Positions 52,617 to 60,787 of a stretch of 64,000 bases of DNA are shown piece by piece. The stretch's first letter is position 1, and each line of letters begins with the position of its first letter. The notes beneath the pieces were generated by a model, which saw only the letters and a program-made list of their open reading frames with translations, was not told where the DNA came from and ran no database searches. The DNA comes from Patescibacteria group bacterium (GTDB lineage: Bacteria; Patescibacteriota; Patescibacteriia; Patescibacteriales; UBA12465), in the NCBI GenBank assembly GCA_023229115.1, contig JALNZW010000002.1, forward strand, positions 17,513 to 81,512, in the 5' to 3' direction. A program made the translations under genes and the position numbers.

Positions 52617-53870
52617 ATGTTACCAACAAGTAGCCAATTTTTTAATTTAATAGAAAAATCAAAGAATATTTTGATTAGCTTTCCAATTGACTGGAATGGA
52701 GATGCCATTGCCAGCTCTTTGGCTATGTATCTATATCTAAAGAAATTAGGCAAAAACGTTGAAATCGGTGCAGAAAAAATGCAAAAAAATGACAATTTTA
52801 AAATGCCAGTCGAATCCTTTCGTTTTTTACCAGCATTTACTGAAATTAAAAGTTCTTTAGAAAATTTAATGAAATTTGTAGTTTCTCTTGATTTAAGTAA
52901 CACTAAAGTTAGTCATGTTAAGTACACAATCGAAGACAATAAGTTAAATTTTATAATATCCCCCAAAGATGGTTTTTTTACAAACAAAGACATTAAGTTC
53001 AGTATGTCTGGTTTTAAGTATGATTTAATAATAACTTTAAATACACACGACCTAGAATCCCTGGGAAGAATTTATGATAATAATATTGACTTCTTCTACA
53101 AAACAAACATTATAAATATTGACCATAGTCCAGAAAACGAAGAATTTGGTCAATTAAACATCATTGATCTCAATGCTGTTTCCGCCAGTGAAATTGTTTA
53201 TAAAATTTTCTCTGACCATAAAAAAGAATTAATTGATGAGCAAATAGCCACTTGTTTATTAACTGGAATAATTTTTAAAACAAAAAGTTTCAAAACTAAT
53301 AATTTGACCCCCCAAACACTGAAAACCAGTTCTGATTTAATAGAAATAGGAGCAAAAAGAGAAGAAATTGTTTCTAGCCTTTATCGCTCACGAAGCTTAA
53401 ATACCTTAAAGCTGTGGGGTAGGGTTTTAAATAATTTAATGTCAACCGAAAGAAATAGTGTAGTTTGGGCCACTCTTTTTAAAAATGATTTTAGAGAAAC
53501 TAAAGCTAATGAAGAAAACTTACAAGATATTATTGATGAATTAATAGTTAGTATTCCTAGCGCCAAAATAATAGCTATTTTCTATTCTATGTCTGAGCTT
53601 TCTATTTTAGATAATAATTATATTAGCGAAGAAGACAAAGAAGATTTTAATGATAAAACAATAATAGTCCACGACGAACAAAATAGTGAAATATTTCAAA
53701 CAAAAGTTATAATTTATTCTGTTAAAAATATAAGTTCGATTGAAATTTTAAAGGAATATTTTCCCGAAGGAACTAAAAAAATAGCCCAGGCCAATATTAA
53801 AAAACCAATAAAAGAAGTAGAAAAAATAATAATAAACAAGGTTAAAAAACGTCTTGAAAAAATATTTTAA
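52617..53870 (+). CDS. DHH-family phosphoesterase (NrnA-like), divergent
   Basis: NILISFPIDWNGDAIASSLAMYLYLKKLG, NIDHS (DHH position) and a DHHA1-like C-terminal half with insertions. Confidence 0.75.
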   Translation: MLPTSSQFFNLIEKSKNILISFPIDWNGDAIASSLAMYLYLKKLGKNVEIGAEKMQKNDNFKMPVESFRFLPAFTEIKSSLENLMKFVVSLDLSNTKVSHVKYTIEDNKLNFIISPKDGFFTNKDIKFSMSGFKYDLIITLNTHDLESLGRIYDNNIDFFYKTNIINIDHSPENEEFGQLNIIDLNAVSASEIVYKIFSDHKKELIDEQIATCLLTGIIFKTKSFKTNNLTPQTLKTSSDLIEIGAKREEIVSSLYRSRSLNTLKLWGRVLNNLMSTERNSVVWATLFKNDFRETKANEENLQDIIDELIVSIPSAKIIAIFYSMSELSILDNNYISEEDKEDFNDKTIIVHDEQNSEIFQTKVIIYSVKNISSIEILKEYFPEGTKKIAQANIKKPIKEVEKIIINKVKKRLEKIF

Positions 53871-53925
53871 TAGTGTTAAAATTATTTCAGCTAGAATAAA
53901 TCTAGTTTTTTTTCTTTACGTTTTA

Positions 53926-53999
53926 GGGCGTATAGCTCAGTTGGTTAGAGCGTTACGTTGACATCGTAAAGGTCTCCCGTTCGAGTCGGGATACGCCCA
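53926..53999 (+). tRNA. tRNA-Val (GAC)
   Basis: GGGCGTA acceptor arm, anticodon arm TTACG-TTGACAT-CGTAA, T arm TCCCG-TTCGAGT-CGGGA. Confidence 0.9.
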
Positions 54000-54005
54000 C
54001 TCTGA

Positions 54006-54079
54006 GGACATATAGCTCAGTTGGTTAGAGCACCGCCCTTATAAGGCGGGGGTCGATGGTTCAAGTCCATCTATGTCCA
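54006..54079 (+). tRNA. tRNA-Ile (UAU)
   Basis: GGACATA acceptor arm, anticodon arm CCGCC-CTTATAA-GGCGG (anticodon TAT), T arm GATGG-TTCAAGT-CCATC. The body closely resembles bacterial tRNA-Ile. Confidence 0.85.
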
Positions 54080-54082
54080 CAC

Positions 54083-54115
54083 AAAAAAAAGACGGAAATT
54101 TTCCGTCTTTTTTTA
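54083..54115. terminator. bidirectional terminator
   Basis: AAAAAAAAGACGGAA-ATT-TTCCGTCTTTTTTT between the tRNAs and the convergent pilin gene. Confidence 0.8.
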
Positions 54116-54127
54116 TTTAATATTGTT

Positions 54128-55276
54128 TTATTCAGTTCTCAGGCAACGAACAAAAAAACCTAAGGTCTTAGAGTTATTAACACGACTAATTGCAGAATGA
54201 GAAGAGCTCAAATAACGAGACCAAGCACCAGCAGAATAAATAGAAGATGACCAAGACCAAGTAACACTACCAATATTTGAAAAAGAGCCATCTCCGATTC
54301 GGCAGCCAGACGGTAAGGCTGAAAAATAGCTTTCTTCACAACCTAAGACATCGTTGCACCAAGCATGAGTACTTTCACTTTTTAAAGCGTCGCCCTCATT
54401 TGTCCCTGTATAGCCCACTGTTACGATGTCTTTCGGAAATTTTGTTTCACAATCAATATTTCCTAATAATACACAAACTGATCTTTCTAAGTCAGTGAAT
54501 TCGTCATGAGTTGGTACATGCCAACCTGTTGGGCAAATATATCCTTGATCTACCGCATACCAATTATATAGCACACCATAAGTAGAATAATTAGCTTGAG
54601 TTTTAGCCGTATTTACATCACTGCCATTATAATCATAAACACCATAACCTGGTAGTGAATTAATTCCTTGGGTTTCGAACTCTGTATTACTATGAACAGC
54701 TGGAAGATAGGCTAGGTTTTTGGCAAACCAACATTGTGTTCCTATTTGAACTGTTGGGTAAATATTACCATCTCTGGTGTCTGTAAAGTCATCTCCACAG
54801 GTCCAAACTGGAGTTTCTTCTCCGCCTAACTCACTACTACCAAAAATTATTCCACCTGGCGTCATTTGTTTAGCTCCTTCAGGTAGGTCTGATACTTGTT
54901 TGCCAGTACAGAAATTAATAGTGTAAGTAGCTCCATTATTTTGAGGAATATAAATATAAGTATTAGAAGAATCCAAACAATCACCATCAGCTGGAGTAGG
55001 GGCGCTTGGAATATTCTGCATAAAAATTATATTTTCAGTAGAAGAGCCAATAAAGCCTTGATTCCACTCTTCTGTTGTGGGATATCTCCCATACTTATTA
55101 GCAAATAATTCCAGAGCTGTATGTAATTGTTTCATATCAGCCATTCTTTTAGAGTCTCTAGCGTTTTGTCTGACTTGTTGTAAAGACACAACGGCTAGAG
55201 TTGCAAGGATACCAATAATGGCTATTACCACCAAGAGTTAAATAAGAGTGAAAGCTTTCTTTTTTTGTTTAAACAT
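54128..55276 (-). pseudogene. type IV pilin fused to a FISUMP-type (Fibrobacter succinogenes major paralogous) lectin-fold domain, interrupted by in-frame TAA at codon 13
   Basis: ATG 55276: [29 protein letters not shown].. with TAA at 55240..55238 where paralogs have GAG/GAA (Glu+5). Pilin domain to ..AKQMTPGGI. C-terminal CGDDFTDTRDGNIYPTVQIGTQCWFAKNL..YGVLYNWYAV..CPTGWHVPT..FFVRCLR (nt 54137..54799). Confidence 0.8.
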
Positions 55277-55328
55277 AGGTTTTTATTTGTTTTTTAAATG
55301 TCAGCGCAACGAGCGAAAACTAACTCAA

Positions 55329-55450
55329 CTGTCATCCCAGCGAGCCACATTTTACGTGGCGAAAGCTGGGATCCAGCTTAGTTAGTAAAAAATAATCTCC
55401 TCTGTCATTCCAGCGCCATGCCTAAGGCAGGCAAGCAAGCTGGGACCCAG
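55329..55450. repeat. palindromic repeat units e (55329..55376) and f (55402..55450)
   Basis: e = CTGTCATCCCAGC-[GAGCCACATTTTACGTGGCGAAA]-GCTGGGATCCAG; f = CTGTCATTCCAGC-[24 nt]-GCTGGGACCCAG. Each is followed by CTTAGTTRRTAAAAA, as after unit b. Confidence 0.8.
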
Positions 55451-55505
55451 CTTAGTTGATAAAAATAAATATACTGTATAATGATTATTAAATTAATCTA
55501 TTTTA

Positions 55506-55534
55506 ATTATATCTATAATTCTTTTTTTAAACAA
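55506..55534 (-). promoter_or_regulatory. sigma70-like promoter of the pilin-FISUMP gene
   Basis: Minus strand TTGTTT(55534..55529)-N17-TATAAT(55511..55506); homologous position to 11299..11327. Confidence 0.55.
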
Positions 55535-55555
55535 TACAGTGCTTAGGTATTTATT

Positions 55556-55617
55556 CTGGATTCCAGCTTTCGCTGGAATACAAGGGGCGTGGAGGCCAGC
55601 TTACGCTGGAATGATAG
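55556..55617. repeat. palindromic repeat units g (55556..55579) and h (55595..55617), inverted orientation
   Basis: CTGGATTCCAGC-TTTC-GCTGGAAT, a 15-nt spacer, then GCCAGC-TTAC-GCTGGAATGATAG. Confidence 0.75.
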
Positions 55618-55661
55618 ATAGCAATAAGATAATTCTATTATATAGAAAAAAATTGACTCAT

Positions 55662-56189
55662 TTAATCCATGTGTATAATTTCATCGGGATTATATTTTTG
55701 CTTTTTGCCAAAAACCGCTATACCATAATTAAAAAATTTATTATTTTTTTCTTTTGCGTGCCATCTGATTTCAAGCTCTTCATTTTCTAAAAAAGTTCTT
55801 TGGAGAGAATAGGGATCCTCAAAAATAATTTTATTAGAATCATAGCCAATAACGACCACCCAATGGCCATCATTAAAATCATTTTTATATTTAATTTCTT
55901 TTGAATCTTTCCAGGCCTGTAAAAGAATAATAACTGGAATCTCTCTATCAATATAGTCTTTCAAAATATTAATTGTCATTTCCTTAGCTTCAAATTTTAG
56001 CTCAAACTTATTTAAAACATCCTGTATTTTTTTTATTGATGTCCCTTCCTTTGAATTATTTTTTGCATATTTGATTAAAAGCTCTTCGCTAATTTCCACT
56101 CCATAATATTTTAAAACCGCCTGAAGAGATTTGGCTCCACAATCCCACTCATATGTTTGTCTTAATTCGGGAAATTCTAATTGCTTCAT
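55662..56189 (-). CDS. stand-alone C39-like papain-fold cysteine peptidase domain protein
   Basis: 175 aa; Q..YEWDCGAKSLQAVLKYYG (oxyanion Gln + catalytic Cys) and DGHWVVVIGYD (catalytic His); no signal peptide or ABC-transporter fusion. Confidence 0.7.
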   Translation of the reverse strand: MKQLEFPELRQTYEWDCGAKSLQAVLKYYGVEISEELLIKYAKNNSKEGTSIKKIQDVLNKFELKFEAKEMTINILKDYIDREIPVIILLQAWKDSKEIKYKNDFNDGHWVVVIGYDSNKIIFEDPYSLQRTFLENEELEIRWHAKEKNNKFFNYGIAVFGKKQKYNPDEIIHMD

Positions 56190-56207
56190 AATTATTTATA
56201 AATAAAA

Positions 56208-56744
56208 TTATACTTTTATCTCTTTAAAAATATTATTCAATTCTAATAATTCTTTTTCAGAAAATTTTTGTAAAACAAATTTATCTCCAGGAATATGTTT
56301 TCTAGCCTCATTGTTTATGCCTATTCTTATTCTCTTAAAATTTTTGGTTTTTAAATGATTAATTATTGATTGCACTCCATTATGACCGGCACTAGAAGCA
56401 TTTACTGAAACCTTATGTTTACCAAAATCAATATCCAGATCATCATGAACAACAGTTAAATCTTCGGACAAATCAACATCTTTTATAGCAAATAAGCCCA
56501 TTTTTTTAGGCAATAACTTATAATAATCCATAAAAGATCTTAGAGATAAGCCAGAATTGTTCATATAAGTTTTTGGCTTTATAAACCAAATACTATTACA
56601 AAAACAAATATCAGCATTAAATTTTTTATTAAACTCCCAAGGAATATCTTGGCCCAATAAAAAATCTAAAAAAAGCCAAGCCACATTATGCCTGGTTTTT
56701 TCGTATTCTTTTCCTGGATTACCTAGCGCTATTATTATCTTCAT
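56208..56744 (-). CDS. pth: peptidyl-tRNA hydrolase
   Basis: Start moved to ATG 56744: MKIIIALGNPGKEYEKTRHNVAWLF..; HDDLD and GHNG motifs. Confidence 0.9.
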   Translation of the reverse strand: MKIIIALGNPGKEYEKTRHNVAWLFLDFLLGQDIPWEFNKKFNADICFCNSIWFIKPKTYMNNSGLSLRSFMDYYKLLPKKMGLFAIKDVDLSEDLTVVHDDLDIDFGKHKVSVNASSAGHNGVQSIINHLKTKNFKRIRIGINNEARKHIPGDKFVLQKFSEKELLELNNIFKEIKV

Positions 56745-56764
56745 AATAAAATTATAACAAAAAT

Positions 56765-56802
56765 AAACAAAAAAGACGAGAATTTTATTTCCCGTCTTTT
56801 TT
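56765..56802 (-). terminator. hairpin plus T-run after rpoC
   Basis: Minus strand AAAAAAGACGGG-AAATAAAATT-CTCGTCTTTTTT. Confidence 0.7.
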
Positions 56803-56839
56803 ATGAAGTTTTTGACGAAAAAATTCGCCAAATATAAAA

Positions 56840-59800
56840 TTATTTATATATTTCTCTAGCCTTTTTACCCTTATATCCTGTTCCAGCTGGAATCAAACAA
56901 CCAATAATAACATTTTCCTTCAAACCTTCTAAATAATCTATTTTTCCACTTAAAGCAGCTTCTATTAGGACTCTTGGAGTCTCTTGGAAAGAAGCAGCTG
57001 ACAAGAAGCTATCAGTTGTTAAAGATGTTTTAGTGATACCTAAAAGTAATTTTTCTCCTTTAGCCTTATTTTTGCTATCCTTGTTAGCTTGATATAATAC
57101 CTCCTCTTCAACGGTCTCTCCTGGTAATAAATTACCATCTCCAGAATCTTTAACCATATAACGAGAAAACATCTGTCTAGCAATAATTTCAATGTGTTTA
57201 TCGTTTAAAGGTTGACCTTGAGAAGAATAAACATATTGAATCTCCTTAATAATATATTTCTGAGTTTCTAGTTGACCCCTTAGTTTGTATAATTCTTTCA
57301 AGTCAAAACTACCTTCTGTTAAACGATCACCGGGCTTAACCACGTCACCGTCTTTAACCCAAATCATAACTCCCTTAGGAATAGTAAATTCCTGAATCTT
57401 ATCCACCTCAGAAGAAATACTAATAAACTTATCACTAATTTTAACAATGCCTGAATCTTTAGCTTTAACATTTTTATTGGAAATAGAATAAAGCTCTGCC
57501 CCCTTAGAAACCTTGTCGCCATCCTTAACTTTGATTTTCGGAGCTGAATCTTTCTTAGCAATTTTTTCACCAGATAATTTAATTTCATTAACTAACTCTT
57601 TAAAGTAATATTTTTCACTATCTCTTCCTTTGTAAACTACTTTTAAAATCTTTTCTTGAGGATTATTAACTGTGATATCTTTTCCATCTTTATCCTTAAT
57701 TGTTCTTTGACCAAACTCTATTTTAATTTTACCATCTACTTCGGCCATTAAAGCTTTTTTCTTTGGAGTTCTATTTTCAAAAATTTCCTCTACTCTAGGT
57801 AAACCTTGAGTAATATCGTCAGCACCAACTACACCTCCAGTATGGAAAGTTCTCATAGTTAGCTGTGTTCCGGGTTCTCCAATAGATTGAGCAGCAATAA
57901 TACCAACTGTAGTGCCTATCTTAACTTCTTTGTTATAAGCCAAATCAACTCCATAACATTTAGCACAAACACCTTTGTGCAACTTACAAGTTAATACAGA
58001 ACGAACCCAAGCTTCTTCAATATCTTTATTTTTTATTTCCTTTACAAAATCTTCAGTTAATAAATTACCAGCTTCTAACAAAACCTTTCCTTTTTTGTCT
58101 GTTAAATCCTTAGCTAAATATCTACCAGAAATCTTTCGGAAGAAATCATCATTGTCTTTTTCTATTTCAGCTCGATTTATTAATAATCCCTCTTTTTCAC
58201 CACAATCTTCGTCCACTACTATTACATCCTGAGCTACATCAACTAAGCGACGAGTTAAATAACCAGCGTTAGCTGTTCTTAAGGCCGTGTCAGATAAACC
58301 TTTTCTGGTGGCATGGGTAGCTATAAAGTATTCTAATACCGAGAAACCTTTTTTCAAGTTTCCTTTAATAGGCAATTCGATAATAGCACCAGAAGGAGAT
58401 GTAACCAAACCTTTCATACCAATAATTTGAACCGGTTGAGCCCAAGAACCTCTAGCACCTGAATCAATCATAGAATAAACAGGTAAAGACTTTTTCAAGC
58501 CCTCCTTACATAATTCAGCAATTTTTTCTTTAGTGCTTGTCCAGGTTTCAATAACCTTGGTATATCTTTCGCTGTCGGTTAAAAGACCTTCCTCAAATTG
58601 CTCCCTGATTTGTTCCACCTGCTTATTAGCCTCATCAATTAACCTATCTTTTTCTGGTAATTCTGGAAGATCACCAAAGCTCCAAGATAAACCACTCTTA
58701 GTAATGTATTTGAAACTTAAATTTTTCAAATTATCAATAAATTTAACAGTCTCATTTTCTCCGTAAATGCTTAAACAATCTTTAATAATGTTTTTTATTT
58801 TATTTTTGCCTAGAACTTCATTTACATAAGCAATTTTGTCTGGCAATATTTTATTAAAAATTATTCGACCAACGGTAGTAGTCATCATTTCTTTTCCCAG
58901 TCTAACTCTTATTATTTCATGTAAATCAATCAATTTATATTCATAAGCCATTAAAGCTTCTTGACCATCAGAAAAATATCTATAATCTTCATCTTTTTCT
59001 TTTTCTCCATTTGGAAATTCCAATGTTAAATAATAAGCTCCCCAAACGATATCTTGATTAGGGGCAACGATTGGGTCTCCAGTGGCTGGTTTTAATAAGT
59101 TGTGAGTTGAAAGCATTATATCTCTAGCCTCAGCCACAGCCTCCTTAGTTAAAGGAACATGAACAGCCATTTGATCTCCATCAAAGTCAGCATTAAAAGC
59201 TGTACAAACCAGAGGATGAATTTGAATAGCCTTACCTTCGATAAGGATTGGTCTAAAAGCTTGAATACCAAGACGATGCAGGGTAGGGGCTCTATTCAAC
59301 ATCACATAAGCTTCTCTAATAATGTTCTCCAAAATATCCCAAACTTCATCATTTCCCATTTCTATATATCTAGAAGCACTACGAACATTATGAACTAATT
59401 CTCTCTTAATTAATTCAGCAATAATAAAAGGCTTAAATAATTCTAAAGCCATGATTTTAGGTAAACCACATTGATCTAAATTTAATTTTGGATTAACCAC
59501 GATAACGCTACGACCAGAATAATCAACTCTTTTACCTAATAAATTTTGACGGAAACGTCCCTGCTTTCCTTTTAAAGCATCAGCCAAAGATTTTAACTGT
59601 CTTTTTTGCCCGGTAGAAGCAGTAACCATTTTACTGTTTCTAGCTGAGTTATCAATCAAAGAATCAACAGCCTCCTGCAACATTCTTTTTTCATTACGAC
59701 AAATAACTTCTGGGGCATTAAGTTCTACTAATTGCTTTAAACGATTATTTCTATTAATCACTCTTCGATATAAATCGTTTAAATCCGATGAAGCAAAACG

Positions 59801-60763
59801 TCCACCATCTAAGGCCACCATTGGTCTTAAGTCTGGAGGAATTACTGGGATAATATCTAAAATCATCCATTCCGGACGCATTCCATTATTTTTAAGATTC
59901 TTTAAAACTTTTAATCTTTTAATCATCTTCTCTTTTTTAGCGTCAACTGCATCCACCAACTTCTCTTCAATGTTCTTGATGGTTTTTTCCAAATTTATTC
60001 TTCTTAAAAGAGTTTGAACAGCCCCAGCGCCAATTTCAGCTTCAAATAAATGACCAAATTTTAAACTCAAATTTTGATATTCTTGTTCAGTGAGAATTAA
60101 TAAAGGTTTTAGTTCTTTTAATTCTTTTTTTACTTTTTCATAATCATCTAAAAGCTTTTCTAGTTTTTCTTCTTTTTCTTTTTCTATATTTTCAATCTTA
60201 ACAGCCAAATCCTTGTCTTTTTCTTCGGCACTTTTAAGTTGGCTAACTCTGTTTTGAGTATCAGATTCAATGCTTTTAACTTTTCCTTTATATTCTTTTT
60301 TAATTATCTCTAAAGTTTCATTTTTAAGCTTTTCATCAACTTCAGTAACTATAAAATTAGCAAAATAAACAACCTTTTCTAAAGATTGAATGCTTAAATT
60401 TAAAATAAGACCAATCTTAGAAGAAAGACCTTTTAAAAACCAAATATGGGAACAAGGGACTTGAAGCTTTATATGGCCCATTCTCTCTCTTCTAACAACA
60501 CTTCTAGTAACTTCAACTCCACACTTATCACAAACAACTCCTTTGTATCTAATTTTTTTATACTTACCGCAAGAACACTCCCAGTCTTTAACTGGACCAA
60601 AGATCTTCTCGCAAAACAGACCATCTTTCTCTGGTTTTTGGGTGCGGTAGTTAATTGTTTCTGGCCTAACAACTTCGCCATTGGACCACTCCAAAATATC
60701 TGCAGGAGATGCCAATTTTAGTCTAATGGCATCAAAATCGCTTGTTTTTATGGGGTTTAACAT
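56840..60763 (-). CDS. rpoC: DNA-directed RNA polymerase subunit beta'
   Basis: 1307 aa; zinc-binding CSCGKYKKIRYKGVVCDKCGVEV, catalytic NADFDGDQMAVH, trigger-loop and bridge-helix regions. Confidence 0.97.
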   Translation of the reverse strand: MLNPIKTSDFDAIRLKLASPADILEWSNGEVVRPETINYRTQKPEKDGLFCEKIFGPVKDWECSCGKYKKIRYKGVVCDKCGVEVTRSVVRRERMGHIKLQVPCSHIWFLKGLSSKIGLILNLSIQSLEKVVYFANFIVTEVDEKLKNETLEIIKKEYKGKVKSIESDTQNRVSQLKSAEEKDKDLAVKIENIEKEKEEKLEKLLDDYEKVKKELKELKPLLILTEQEYQNLSLKFGHLFEAEIGAGAVQTLLRRINLEKTIKNIEEKLVDAVDAKKEKMIKRLKVLKNLKNNGMRPEWMILDIIPVIPPDLRPMVALDGGRFASSDLNDLYRRVINRNNRLKQLVELNAPEVICRNEKRMLQEAVDSLIDNSARNSKMVTASTGQKRQLKSLADALKGKQGRFRQNLLGKRVDYSGRSVIVVNPKLNLDQCGLPKIMALELFKPFIIAELIKRELVHNVRSASRYIEMGNDEVWDILENIIREAYVMLNRAPTLHRLGIQAFRPILIEGKAIQIHPLVCTAFNADFDGDQMAVHVPLTKEAVAEARDIMLSTHNLLKPATGDPIVAPNQDIVWGAYYLTLEFPNGEKEKDEDYRYFSDGQEALMAYEYKLIDLHEIIRVRLGKEMMTTTVGRIIFNKILPDKIAYVNEVLGKNKIKNIIKDCLSIYGENETVKFIDNLKNLSFKYITKSGLSWSFGDLPELPEKDRLIDEANKQVEQIREQFEEGLLTDSERYTKVIETWTSTKEKIAELCKEGLKKSLPVYSMIDSGARGSWAQPVQIIGMKGLVTSPSGAIIELPIKGNLKKGFSVLEYFIATHATRKGLSDTALRTANAGYLTRRLVDVAQDVIVVDEDCGEKEGLLINRAEIEKDNDDFFRKISGRYLAKDLTDKKGKVLLEAGNLLTEDFVKEIKNKDIEEAWVRSVLTCKLHKGVCAKCYGVDLAYNKEVKIGTTVGIIAAQSIGEPGTQLTMRTFHTGGVVGADDITQGLPRVEEIFENRTPKKKALMAEVDGKIKIEFGQRTIKDKDGKDITVNNPQEKILKVVYKGRDSEKYYFKELVNEIKLSGEKIAKKDSAPKIKVKDGDKVSKGAELYSISNKNVKAKDSGIVKISDKFISISSEVDKIQEFTIPKGVMIWVKDGDVVKPGDRLTEGSFDLKELYKLRGQLETQKYIIKEIQYVYSSQGQPLNDKHIEIIARQMFSRYMVKDSGDGNLLPGETVEEEVLYQANKDSKNKAKGEKLLLGITKTSLTTDSFLSAASFQETPRVLIEAALSGKIDYLEGLKENVIIGCLIPAGTGYKGKKAREIYK

Positions 60764-60787
60764 ATATGTATATAATTTAATTTATAT

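Noticed and set aside
52604-52903. 99-aa minus-strand ORF overlapping the DHH gene start
   Set aside because: It is antisense to a well-supported gene and covers that gene's promoter. It has low-complexity composition and no homology signal.
55238-55240. TAA recoding (read as Glu) instead of a nonsense mutation
   Set aside because: TAA is the normal terminator of 44 other genes in the window, so reassignment is not tenable.
55539-55790. 83-aa plus-strand ORF (MLRYLFWIPAFAGIQGAW..)
   Set aside because: It translates the palindromic repeat units (IPAFAG peptide artefact) and then runs antisense into the C39 gene.
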